Source: a virus (Duplodnaviria; Caudoviricetes). From it: a DNA stretch of 42,207 nt. Position 1 is the stretch's first letter, and the number at the start of each line of letters is the position of its first letter. Below, piece after piece: positions 1 to 8,466 of this stretch. The notes under the pieces are model-generated. The model was not told where the DNA came from. It saw nothing but the letters and a program-made list of their open reading frames with translations, and made no database searches. A program made the translations under genes and the position numbers. The DNA lies in the IMG/VR virus record IMGVR_UViG_3300028586_000039, positions 1 through 42,207 of that record; one strand, 5' to 3'.

Positions 1-253
1 ACGTCGGCACGTCCTATTCGGACACCTATCAAGCGATAGTGAAGGGCGAGGCGAAAGACGACACCGCGTTCGCGTTCATCGCCCGCATCGACAAGGGCGA
101 CCGGGACACGATTTTCGAGAACGAGCTCGCATGGCAGAAGTCGTTGCCCGCCCTCGGCGAGACGTTCCCGGTTGAGAATATTCGCGAGACGGTCAATTCC
201 GCCAAGCTGCGGCCGTCGACCAAGTCGAGCGTCAAGCGTCTCTATTTTGGCAT
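1..253 (+). repeat. Terminal direct repeat (circular assembly overlap), copy 1
   Basis: Identical to 41955-42207 except T127 vs G42081. Confidence 0.97.
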
Positions 254-1034
254 CGACAGCGCCGCGGCGGATTTCTGGATCAGCGAAGACAAGTGGGCTG
301 CGGTCCAAGGTGTCGTCGATTCGCGAGCAATGCGGGGGCGTAAGTCGTGGCTGTCCCTTGATCTGTCACAGAAAAACGATCTCACCGCCCTTTCGCAAGC
401 TTGGGAGCTTCCCGAAGACCTCGTTGCCGTGAAGACTTGGTATTGGACGACGCAAGAGGGGCTGGAAGAGCGCGCGGACGAAGACAAGGCGCCCTACCTC
501 GACTGGGTCGAAGATAAGTATCTGACCGCCACGCCCGGTGCGACGATCGATTACACGTTCGTTGCGGCGCAGGTGCAGCGGCAGCTTACCGACCATGAGG
601 TCGAGGCGTTGGTCGTCGACCCTGCCTTCCTGTCCTCGTTCACCGACGCATGCGATCAGGTCGGCTTGCAATGGTGGCTGTGGGCGGGGCCAGGCAAACC
701 CGAAGGGCGAGGCTTGAAGATCGTCAAGCATGCGCAGGGTACGCGGATTATGTTCGAAGATCAGCAGCTGTGCATGCCGCATTCTATCACCCGAACGGAA
801 GATCACATCCTCAACGGTAAGCTGCTCATTGATGAATCGCCGGTGACCTATAGCTGCGCGGCGAATGCGGTGATTGAGGCGGACGGCCTGCACAATCGCA
901 TGTTCAATAAGCGAAAGTCGCGCGGCCGGATCGACGGCATGGTGACGATCGCCATGGCAGTCGGGGCAGCCACTGCCGCGGCGAAGCCGAAGAAGAAGTC
1001 GGTCTACGAATCCCGCGGCATTCGGCGGGCATAA
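1..1034 (+). CDS. terL: Terminase large subunit, C-terminal (nuclease) part; continues from 41174
   Basis: LDLSQKNDLTA and KSRGRIDGMV nuclease motifs; in frame with the ORF from 41174 across the circular junction (about 604 aa in total). Confidence 0.93.
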   Translation, partial: VGTSYSDTYQAIVKGEAKDDTAFAFIARIDKGDRDTIFENELAWQKSLPALGETFPVENIRETVNSAKLRPSTKSSVKRLYFGIDSAAADFWISEDKWAAVQGVVDSRAMRGRKSWLSLDLSQKNDLTALSQAWELPEDLVAVKTWYWTTQEGLEERADEDKAPYLDWVEDKYLTATPGATIDYTFVAAQVQRQLTDHEVEALVVDPAFLSSFTDACDQVGLQWWLWAGPGKPEGRGLKIVKHAQGTRIMFEDQQLCMPHSITRTEDHILNGKLLIDESPVTYSCAANAVIEADGLHNRMFNKRKSRGRIDGMVTIAMAVGAATAAAKPKKKSVYESRGIRRA

Positions 1035-1043
1035 GGAGGCCGG

Positions 1044-2363
1044 ATGGCATCTCTCGTCCCATACGGCTACCGGCCGAGCCAAGGCCTGCTGCGCGCCGCG
1101 GCCCGCCGCCAGCAGGCGACTGATCCACGGCAGGTCTACGCCTATGCCGTGCACGATCTGCAGAACCCCGACGATCCCGTGTTGGGCGCGTTCCTGAAGG
1201 GTGGGCGCGAGGGGATGACGGGCGTTTCGGTCAGTGACCGGATGGCGATGCGCAACTCGGTATTCTACCGCGGCACGTCGCTGATCTCGGGCTCTATGGG
1301 GATGCTGCCGCTCTCGGTTATGCGGCGCAAGCCGGACGGCACGACCGAGAAGGCGGTCGATCATCCGCTCTATCGCGTGTTCAAGCTCGATCCTCTTGGC
1401 AACGGGGCGATGTCGCCCAGCGAGTTCAAGAGCTTCATGCAGTTGGCGGCCCTGTTCGACGGCAACGCGTACGCGCGTGTCGTTCGCCTCAACGGCGAGG
1501 TCCAGTCGCTGGTGCCATTCCCGCGGAAGACCGTCACCAAGGAGTGGAGCGGCGGCACAATCCGCTTCAAGCACCAGCCCAAGAGCGGACGGGCGGAGTA
1601 TCTTGATCCGCGCGACGTATTCCACTTCCGCGCGCCGGTGTCCCTAGACGGGCTTAATGGCCTGGGGCTGCTCGACGTCGCGGCCGACACGATCGGCCTT
1701 GCTCACCTCGCCGAGAAGGCGATGGCGAACTTGCTGACCAAGGGCATGATGGCCGGCGGCGCGCTTCAGGTGAAAGAAGAGCTTAGCGACGAGGCATATC
1801 GTCGTCTGAAAGACAGCCTTCGCGACGACTATGCGGGCGCCGACGCAACGGGCGAGTTCATGCTGCTGGAAGGCGGCATGGAAGCCAAGCCATTCTCTGG
1901 CTCAGCCCGCGACAACCAGCTTGTCGAACTTCGCAAGAACGAGGCCGAGCAAGGGTCGCGCTTCACTGGCGTGCCGCGGCCCCTCCTGATGTTCGACGAG
2001 ACGGCTTGGGGCACCGGCATCCAGCAGTTGGGCCTCTACTTCGTCACTTATTGCCTGCTGCCGTGGTTCGTCATCTGGGAAGAGGCTATCTGGCGGCTGT
2101 TCACCCGGCAGGAGCAGCGGTCGCGCGACGGCACGATTCTGTACGCCAAGTTCAACGAGCGCGCGCTGCTGCGCGGCTCGCTCAAGGAACAGGGCGAGTT
2201 TCTGTCGCGCGCGCTCGGCTCGGGCGGTGGCAAGCCGTTCATGGAAGCCAACGAAGCGCGTGATGCGCTCGATATGAACCCGCACCCGGACGGATATGGT
2301 CTGGCGCCGCGCACCGGCACCACCGCTGCCGAAATCGTGGAGGATCAAGATGAACCGAAATAG
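1044..2363 (+). CDS. Portal protein, HK97 family
   Basis: 439 aa after terL; HPLY, GNAY, DGLNGLGLL, LLEGGM, NEAR motifs; AGGAGG RBS. Confidence 0.93.
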   Translation: MASLVPYGYRPSQGLLRAAARRQQATDPRQVYAYAVHDLQNPDDPVLGAFLKGGREGMTGVSVSDRMAMRNSVFYRGTSLISGSMGMLPLSVMRRKPDGTTEKAVDHPLYRVFKLDPLGNGAMSPSEFKSFMQLAALFDGNAYARVVRLNGEVQSLVPFPRKTVTKEWSGGTIRFKHQPKSGRAEYLDPRDVFHFRAPVSLDGLNGLGLLDVAADTIGLAHLAEKAMANLLTKGMMAGGALQVKEELSDEAYRRLKDSLRDDYAGADATGEFMLLEGGMEAKPFSGSARDNQLVELRKNEAEQGSRFTGVPRPLLMFDETAWGTGIQQLGLYFVTYCLLPWFVIWEEAIWRLFTRQEQRSRDGTILYAKFNERALLRGSLKEQGEFLSRALGSGGGKPFMEANEARDALDMNPHPDGYGLAPRTGTTAAEIVEDQDEPK

Positions 2364-3213
2364 CCTTTTCGCGGTGATCGCCGCTGAACGTCCTCCCGAG
2401 ATCGCGAACGTCGGCTCCGGGTCCGATTGGAAGTTCGAAACCCGAGCGCTGGCCGCCGGCTTCGAGAAGGTCGAGGTCACCGCGCTCGCGTCCGAACGCC
2501 CGACCATTTCGATCTTCGGTTATATCGGCGACGACGGCGACGGCGGCGGCATCACTACGGCCCGGATCGCCGGTGCGCTGCGTTCCGTTGCTGGCAAGCC
2601 GATCACCGTCGAGATCAATTCCCCCGGCGGCAACTATTTTGAGGGCGTGGCCGCGTACAACCTCCTGCGCCGGCATGATGCGTCGGTGCGGGTCGAAGTC
2701 GTCGGGATCGCCGCGTCGGCCGCGTCCGTGATTGCCATGGCGGGTGACGAGATCGTCATCGCCGCCAATGCCGAAATTATGATCCACGAAGCGCGCGGCC
2801 TGTTCTTCGGCACCAAGTCGGAGATGCGGGACGCTTGGGAAACGCTAGCGCACATCGATACTGCGATGTGCGAGACCTATTCCGCCCGATCGGGGCGCCC
2901 GGTGGCCGAGTTCGAAGCGCTGATCGCCGGGCAGGACGTATTTCTGCGCGGGCAGGAAGCGATCGACGCAGGCTTGGCGGATGCGCTGATGGAGCGCGAG
3001 GCTCAGATGCCGGTCTATGCGACTGCCGACGACCTCCCGACCGACAAGGCCTCGCTCGACAAGTTTCTCGCGAAGCATGACGTGCCGCGTTCCGCGCGCC
3101 GCGATCTGTACCGCGCGATGGGCACGCGAAACGCTGCCGACCCTGCCACGCCTCGCGCTGGCGATGAACCGGAGCCGGATTTCACCGCGCTCCTGAATGC
3201 CCTCACCGTCTGA
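2350..3213 (+). CDS. ClpP-like (S14) prohead maturation protease
   Basis: INSPGG, GIAASAAS (catalytic Ser) and MIH motifs; lies between portal and capsid; ATG 2350 preferred over 2296. Confidence 0.92.
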   Translation: MNRNSLFAVIAAERPPEIANVGSGSDWKFETRALAAGFEKVEVTALASERPTISIFGYIGDDGDGGGITTARIAGALRSVAGKPITVEINSPGGNYFEGVAAYNLLRRHDASVRVEVVGIAASAASVIAMAGDEIVIAANAEIMIHEARGLFFGTKSEMRDAWETLAHIDTAMCETYSARSGRPVAEFEALIAGQDVFLRGQEAIDAGLADALMEREAQMPVYATADDLPTDKASLDKFLAKHDVPRSARRDLYRAMGTRNAADPATPRAGDEPEPDFTALLNALTV

Positions 3214-3223
3214 AGGAACAGAC

Positions 3224-4489
3224 ATGAAGACCATCCATAACCTGCGCGGCACTGCCGTGACGGGCCGGGGCCTCATCGCCGTGCGCGCCGAGGCCCAGCC
3301 CAAGAAGATCGACAGCATCGAGGCGCTCGCAACGGCGTTCGAAGCATTCAAGACGACGCACACCGAGCAGTTGACCGAGATCAAGGCCGGCAAGACGGAT
3401 GTCGTCACCACCGACAAGCTCGGCAAGATCGAGGCCGAGCTGGACAAGCTTCAGGCTGCGGTCGAGAGCGTCAATCTGGCGGCGGCGCTGGGCGATGGCC
3501 ACGACAGCGAAAAGCCGCGCGACCCGGAATATACCAGCCAGTTCCAGGCATACTTCAAGGGCGGCGCGCCGACCTCGAAGCTGGAAGAGCTGCGTGCCGC
3601 GGCAACGAAGACCGACGGCGAGGGCGGCTATCTGGCGCCGATCGAGTGGGATCGCTCGATCAGCAAGCGCCAGAAGGTGATTTCGCCAATGCGCCAGAAC
3701 AGCTCGGTCGTCACGATCAGCAGCTCGGGCTTCAAGAAGGTCTATTCGGACGGCATCGTTGGTTCTGGCTGGGTCGGCGAAACCGCCGCTCGTCCGCAGA
3801 CGACCACGCCCGGCCTGACCTCGCTCGGCTTCACCATGGGCGAGATCTACGCCAACCCGGCCGCATCGCAGGGTCTGCTCGATGACGCCGAAATCGACGT
3901 CGAGGCGTGGCTTGCCGACGAGGTGTCGACCGAGTTCGACAAGCAGGAGGGCGTCGCCTTCCTGTCGGGTGACGGTTCGAACAAGCCCGACGGCGTGCTG
4001 ACCTACGTCACCGGCGGCAGCAATGCGGCGAAGCACCCCTACGGCGCGATCCTCGCGCTCATGTCGGGTGCAGCGGCCGCGGTTACCGCTGATGCGCTGT
4101 TCGACCTCCAGGCCGATCTGCCGGCGGAGTTCCTGCCCAACGCCAAGTTCTTCATGAACCGCGCGTCGCAGGCAGCCTTCCGCAAGCTGAAGACCTCGGA
4201 TGGTGCCTATCTGTGGCAGCCCAGCCTCGCGCTCGGCGTACCGCCGACGCTCGCCGGCGAGCCGGTCGTCGACATGCCCGGCATGCAGAACGTCGCGGCT
4301 GGCAACGTCGCGGCGCTCTACGGCGACATGGTCGAGACCTACCAGGTCATCGATCGTACCGGAGTTCGCGTGCTGCGCGACCCGTACACCGCCAAGCCCT
4401 TCGTCCTCTTCTACACGACCAAGCGCGTTGGTGGTGGCGTGAAGAACCCGACGGCCATGCGTGCGCTGAAGATCGGCGCCGCAGCCTGA
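3224..4489 (+). CDS. Major capsid protein, HK97 fold
   Basis: N-terminal coiled delta-like region; GGYLAP, WVGE, FLSGDG.NKP.G, GAYLWQP, RVGGGV motifs; GAAGGA RBS before ATG 3224. Confidence 0.95.
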   Translation: MKTIHNLRGTAVTGRGLIAVRAEAQPKKIDSIEALATAFEAFKTTHTEQLTEIKAGKTDVVTTDKLGKIEAELDKLQAAVESVNLAAALGDGHDSEKPRDPEYTSQFQAYFKGGAPTSKLEELRAAATKTDGEGGYLAPIEWDRSISKRQKVISPMRQNSSVVTISSSGFKKVYSDGIVGSGWVGETAARPQTTTPGLTSLGFTMGEIYANPAASQGLLDDAEIDVEAWLADEVSTEFDKQEGVAFLSGDGSNKPDGVLTYVTGGSNAAKHPYGAILALMSGAAAAVTADALFDLQADLPAEFLPNAKFFMNRASQAAFRKLKTSDGAYLWQPSLALGVPPTLAGEPVVDMPGMQNVAAGNVAALYGDMVETYQVIDRTGVRVLRDPYTAKPFVLFYTTKRVGGGVKNPTAMRALKIGAAA

Positions 4490-4496
4490 TCCTGAC

Positions 4497-4517
4497 GGGG
4501 CTGGCGGTGCCAGCCCC
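4497..4517 (+). terminator. Hairpin after capsid gene (terminator or mRNA stabiliser)
   Basis: GGGGCTGGC-ggt-GCCAGCCCC perfect 9-bp stem; no U tract. Confidence 0.45.
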
Positions 4518-4537
4518 ATGCTCTGGGAGCTACCGAT

Positions 4538-4831
4538 ATGACTGCCACCAAGAAGACGGTCGACACGACCGATATCGCCCCCTCGCAAGTCCCCGGCGTG
4601 TCCGACACTGCCCGCATGACCGAGGATACCCTGACCCCGGCGACGGCCGTCGCAGCCAGCGGCGCGTTCATCGAACCGGAGATCGTCGATCGTATCGACG
4701 TCGATCATCCGGCCGTCGACAACAACCCGCGCAAGGGCCAGCCGGTCATCGCCAACCAGATCGACTTCAACGATCCGCACCTCGGCAACGAGGAAGCGGT
4801 CGCGAAGAACCTTTCGGGCCAGAACGCCTGA
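4538..4831 (+). CDS. Hypothetical head-associated protein
   Basis: 97-aa acidic ORF with GGAG RBS between capsid and connector genes. Confidence 0.7.
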   Translation: MTATKKTVDTTDIAPSQVPGVSDTARMTEDTLTPATAVAASGAFIEPEIVDRIDVDHPAVDNNPRKGQPVIANQIDFNDPHLGNEEAVAKNLSGQNA

Positions 4832-4892
4832 ACCCCGTTGGCGCCGGCCGCCCCCTGCCGGCGCCAGCACCCTCCTGCGAGCGAGGCGACCC

Positions 4893-5426
4893 ATGCCCTT
4901 CCCCGTATCCTTAGAGGAAGCGCGTCGTCAGCTGCGCCTTGCCGCTGATGACGATTCGCAGGACGATGAAATTGCCGGTTTCATCGCCGATGCCGCCGCA
5001 TGGGTCGAAGATTTCACCGGCCATATCCTCGATCAACGCGAGGTCACCGAGCACGTCTCCGGGTTTAAGCCCGTCGAGCTGCTAGCGTGGCCGATCGCCG
5101 CAGACGCCATCCCCGGCATCGCCTATTCCGCTGCTGACGGGACGCCTGTTGCTGTGCCGGGCTCCCGTCTCGACCTTTCTCGCCGTCCCGCCCGTGTGTT
5201 TCCTGCTACCGGGCTGTTCTGGCCGTTTCGCGATAGTGCACAGTCGTTCACCGTGACGATCAATGCCGGCTATGCCAACGCCAGCGCCGTCCCGCGCGCC
5301 TTCAAGCGTGCCATGCTAATCCTTATCGCTGCCTATGACGCCGATCGCGAGGGCGGCGACGTGTTCGAGAAGGCGGAGCGGGCAGCGAAGCGCATCTGCA
5401 ACCCCTTTCGGCTGCGACGCATCTGA
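4893..5426 (+). CDS. Head-tail connector (HK97 gp6-like)
   Basis: PVSLEEARRQLRL..DD...I..A...VE.FTG N-terminus; VP...KRAML; synteny. Confidence 0.88.
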   Translation: MPFPVSLEEARRQLRLAADDDSQDDEIAGFIADAAAWVEDFTGHILDQREVTEHVSGFKPVELLAWPIAADAIPGIAYSAADGTPVAVPGSRLDLSRRPARVFPATGLFWPFRDSAQSFTVTINAGYANASAVPRAFKRAMLILIAAYDADREGGDVFEKAERAAKRICNPFRLRRI

Positions 5427-5779
5427 TGGCCGTTGGAAAGGGGCTATCGAGCCGCCTCCGCCAGCGTGTGACCCTTCAGGAACCGAACCTTGTCGACAAC
5501 AACAAGGGTGGCCGGAAGCCCGCGCCCGGCGAAGACAAATGGCGCGACCTCGCTCGCGACGTGGCCGCTGAGGTTCTGCCGCTGCGCGGCGACGAGGCCC
5601 TCACGCTTGGCGTGAACCGCGCCACCCAGCTTTACCGTGTCACGATGCGCTGCCGCGCCGGCTTGGTGCCGGCCAATCGCCTGATCTGGGGCGGCGTGGT
5701 CCTGAATATCCGCACGGCACCGCCCAGCACCGATCGAGCCAGCGTCGTCATGACCTGTGAAAGCGGAGTGGCGACCTGA
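5426..5779 (+). CDS. Head-tail adaptor/head closure protein (SPP1 gp16-like)
   Basis: LRQRVTLQ...D..GG...W....AEV..L.G.E pattern; synteny. Confidence 0.82.
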   Translation: MAVGKGLSSRLRQRVTLQEPNLVDNNKGGRKPAPGEDKWRDLARDVAAEVLPLRGDEALTLGVNRATQLYRVTMRCRAGLVPANRLIWGGVVLNIRTAPPSTDRASVVMTCESGVAT

Positions 5780-6300
5780 TGGCCAATGGAAAGCCGAAGG
5801 GCATCGCCCGCTTCCGCCGCCTTCTCCGCCGGTTGCCTGGCGTCGTTCGGGGCGAGATCATCGCCGAGTTTTACGTCACCGGCCGCCAGATGGTGCAGGC
5901 CGTGCTCGCCAAGACCCCGAACCGCCGCGGCGCGTTGCGAGCGGGGATCAAGAGCAAAGTCCTGCCAACGTCTCTTCGCCTGCAAATCGGGCTCATCGGC
6001 AGCAAGGCTGAGCGCGCCGGCCTCTTCTACGGTCGCATCCAAGATTTGGGACGGCGGGAGCAGATTGTGTCCGTCCGTCGGTATCGTCGCGGCGCTCGGG
6101 CGCTCGACGTCGACCGGTTCAAGTCGGGCCGCGGCGGCGGCAAGAGCGCGAAGCTCACGACGGTCTATCAGATGCGTGTTCGAGCGATGAAGGGGAAGCG
6201 CTTCGTTACGGGCAGCTACCCCGATCTGCGCCGAACGCTGAACCAGAACCTGCGCGGCATCTTCGCGCGCAGCCTGACCAAAATCGGGGGTGGCGAATGA
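5779..6300 (+). CDS. HK97 gp10-like tail completion/neck protein
   Basis: Basic protein with TP...GALRAGI and FYGRIQDLG; synteny. Confidence 0.75.
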   Translation: MANGKPKGIARFRRLLRRLPGVVRGEIIAEFYVTGRQMVQAVLAKTPNRRGALRAGIKSKVLPTSLRLQIGLIGSKAERAGLFYGRIQDLGRREQIVSVRRYRRGARALDVDRFKSGRGGGKSAKLTTVYQMRVRAMKGKRFVTGSYPDLRRTLNQNLRGIFARSLTKIGGGE

Positions 6301-6686
6301 GCAAGGCGAAAGCTCTGGTCGAGATCGAGACGTATGACCGCCTCGCGGAGGTGATCACGGGCGCGACCGTCTATCAGGATGCGCCCGAGGACGCAGCCGG
6401 CGACCTCGTCATTATCGGCGACATGAAGTCGTCGAGCTTGGCCACCAAAGGCAACGACGCCGATCGCGCCGTCACCGTCAGCATCATCTCGTTGGCCGAG
6501 GCTGACGAACGGGCGCCGCTATTGGCGTTGCAAGAGCAGATCGAAGACGCCTTGGACGGCCAGACCTTCACCCGCGAGGGATGGACGCTCGGCTTCGCTT
6601 TCGAGGACGATGATGCGGTGCTGGCCGAGGATGGTTCGACCTATTCCGGCATCACGACCTTCCGCGTCCTCGCGCTGGCGCCCTGA
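6297..6686 (+). CDS. Tail terminator protein (DUF3168-like)
   Basis: VYQDAP...VIIGD, I.DALDG, D....G...FR; immediately before tube gene. Confidence 0.75.
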   Translation: MSKAKALVEIETYDRLAEVITGATVYQDAPEDAAGDLVIIGDMKSSSLATKGNDADRAVTVSIISLAEADERAPLLALQEQIEDALDGQTFTREGWTLGFAFEDDDAVLAEDGSTYSGITTFRVLALAP

Positions 6687-6712
6687 CACCCCTTTTCTGA
6701 TCACCAACCTCC

Positions 6713-6737
6713 GCCGCGCTACGCCTGCGCGGCTTTT
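6713..6737 (+). terminator. Intrinsic terminator-like hairpin inside the late operon
   Basis: GCCGCGC-7nt-GCGCGGC followed by TTTT. Confidence 0.45.
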
Positions 6738-6754
6738 CACATGGGAGAAGACGC

Positions 6755-7180
6755 ATGGCGAAGAAGCTCGGCAGCGATTACCGCTTGTTCATCCAGTCGA
6801 CCACGGCCGGCACGTTCAACCAGCCCGCCGGACAGGGCAATCTCAGCATCGATCGCGGCAAGGGCTTCTCGTCCAATGCCACGAAGGATCAGGAGGGCGT
6901 CGACACCCAGATTCCGGGGCTGCGCACGATCACCGTGAAGCAGGACATTACGCCCGATCTGCCCGACTCCAACGGTTACACCCGCATGGAGACGCTCGAT
7001 AAGTCGAATGCGGCCGAGGTCTATCAGATCCGCAAGAAGCCGTTCGCCACGACCGACGTCGTGTTCGAGTGCTCGATGTACACGTCGCTCGATAGCTCGG
7101 GCTTCGACCAGGGCGCGAGCGTCAAGACGCCGGTCACCCTTCAGCCGGCGTCGCAGCCGACTGTCGACACCCTCGCATAA
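6755..7180 (+). CDS. Major tail tube protein
   Basis: 141 aa; G.D..LFI N-terminus, TKD...G.R.ITV motif of TP901-1/GTA-like tubes; synteny. Confidence 0.8.
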   Translation: MAKKLGSDYRLFIQSTTAGTFNQPAGQGNLSIDRGKGFSSNATKDQEGVDTQIPGLRTITVKQDITPDLPDSNGYTRMETLDKSNAAEVYQIRKKPFATTDVVFECSMYTSLDSSGFDQGASVKTPVTLQPASQPTVDTLA

Positions 7181-7192
7181 GGATCGGTCGCT

Positions 7193-7486
7193 ATGATCAA
7201 GATCAACGGCAAAGACCTGAAGACCAGCAAGCCGTCGAACCTCGACGAGCTGCTGATCGCATCGACCGGCCACGGCGAACGCGAGGCGCAATCCCTGCTC
7301 AACTCCGGGCCGGGGCTCGCCGCGCGCGCGCTGATGCCGTTCCTCGCCGAGCCGGGTGATATGACCGTCGGCGATCTGGCCAAGGAGATCGCGAGCGATC
7401 CCGACGCCATCGCCGAGATCGGCAAGCTCTACGCTCCCGCCCCGACGCCGGCCGCCAAGCCGACCGATAAGGGCGACGCGAAGTGA
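7193..7486 (+). CDS. Hypothetical tail-region protein
   Basis: 97-aa ORF with TAAGGA RBS between tube and chaperone. Confidence 0.65.
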   Translation: MIKINGKDLKTSKPSNLDELLIASTGHGEREAQSLLNSGPGLAARALMPFLAEPGDMTVGDLAKEIASDPDAIAEIGKLYAPAPTPAAKPTDKGDAK

Positions 7487-7917
7487 GCGATGCCGACATC
7501 TCGGCACCCGCCAACGAGGATCGGGGCGAACTGTCCCTGATCCTCGACGGGACCAACATGGTCCTCCGTCCCACCTTTGAGGCACTGAATGAAATCGAGC
7601 AGACGCTCGACCGCGGACTGGTGGACCTCGCGCGCGCCGCCATCGACGCCAAGCTGAAGCTGTCGGAAGTGGCGCAGATCGCGACGGCCTGCATCCGCGC
7701 TTGGGGTCGTGACATCGGCGACAAGGGCGCGGCGGGCGCGACGGCAACCCGTATCTCGCGGCTGATCGTCGACAGCGAAGCCGGCCTGCATTCGGCGCTG
7801 CGCACCATCTCGGCGATGCTCTCGCTCGCTGTGACGGGCGGGTATGACTCCGCGGGGGAAATGAAGCCGTCGGCGAAGAAGACGACGACGACGGAGAAAG
7901 CCCCCGTCGACGGCTGA
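7483..7917 (+). CDS. Tail assembly chaperone (GTA gp10-like, gpG equivalent)
   Basis: RGE..L.LDG....LRPTFEAL.EIE motif; position before tape measure. Confidence 0.82.
   Translation: MSDADISAPANEDRGELSLILDGTNMVLRPTFEALNEIEQTLDRGLVDLARAAIDAKLKLSEVAQIATACIRAWGRDIGDKGAAGATATRISRLIVDSEAGLHSALRTISAMLSLAVTGGYDSAGEMKPSAKKTTTTEKAPVDG
7854..7860 (+). other. Programmed -1 frameshift slippery site G GGG GAA
   Basis: Phased correctly in the 7483 frame; the -1 frame is open from here to 8033. Confidence 0.7.
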
Positions 7918-8033
7918 TGGGCACGGCCGTCGTCCTGCTGGGATGGCGGCCGGCCGAGTTCTGGAGCTGCACGCCGGTCGAGTTCTGGACCGCGATGAAG
8001 GCGTTCGAGCGCGCCAACAAGGTCGAGGCTTAA
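7917..8033 (+). CDS. Tail chaperone extension (gpT equivalent), 38 aa, probably expressed by -1 frameshift
   Basis: Not in ORF track; reads MGTAVVLLGWRPAEFWSCTPVEFWTAMKAFERANKVEA with the GW.P.EFW..TP.E chaperone motif; in the -1 frame of the upstream gene. Confidence 0.82.
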   Translation: MGTAVVLLGWRPAEFWSCTPVEFWTAMKAFERANKVEA

Positions 8034-8069
8034 CTACCTTTTAGGGCAGCAAGTCGATAATGTGCGCGT

Positions 8070-8414
8070 ATGACCCGCTTTTTATACGCGCCTATATGCA
8101 TAGGTCTCATGCTCGCCGGATGCAGCGATAAGCTTCTTCAGGAGGCGCAAGATGCGGTGGCGGCCAAAAGCCTCGACCCAGCATCGGTACAGTTCAAGGA
8201 TGTCGCGCGCTGCTCACAGCCCAATATGGTGTCTGGAGAGATGAACGCGAAGAACCTGTATGGGGCCTACACCGGCTTCAAGATGTTCTATTACGACAGC
8301 AGCTCGCACGAAGTCGCCATCAACACCGGGGAAGATGATTCTCTTCCTCGTTTGATGCGGCACTGTTTCGGCAATGAAATTACGCGGAAAGTCCGTGCGG
8401 AAGTTGGCCACTAG
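8070..8414 (+). CDS. Lipoprotein moron (possible superinfection exclusion)
   Basis: Signal peptide with lipobox LAGC; DP.S.QF...G..NAKN.YG.Y.G motif; visibly more AT-rich than flanks. Confidence 0.8.
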   Translation: MTRFLYAPICIGLMLAGCSDKLLQEAQDAVAAKSLDPASVQFKDVARCSQPNMVSGEMNAKNLYGAYTGFKMFYYDSSSHEVAINTGEDDSLPRLMRHCFGNEITRKVRAEVGH

Positions 8415-8466
8415 CCCCGTGTAGGGGCGGCTTCTCCTAACGGCGTTCGGCACTGGGGAGGGGCGT

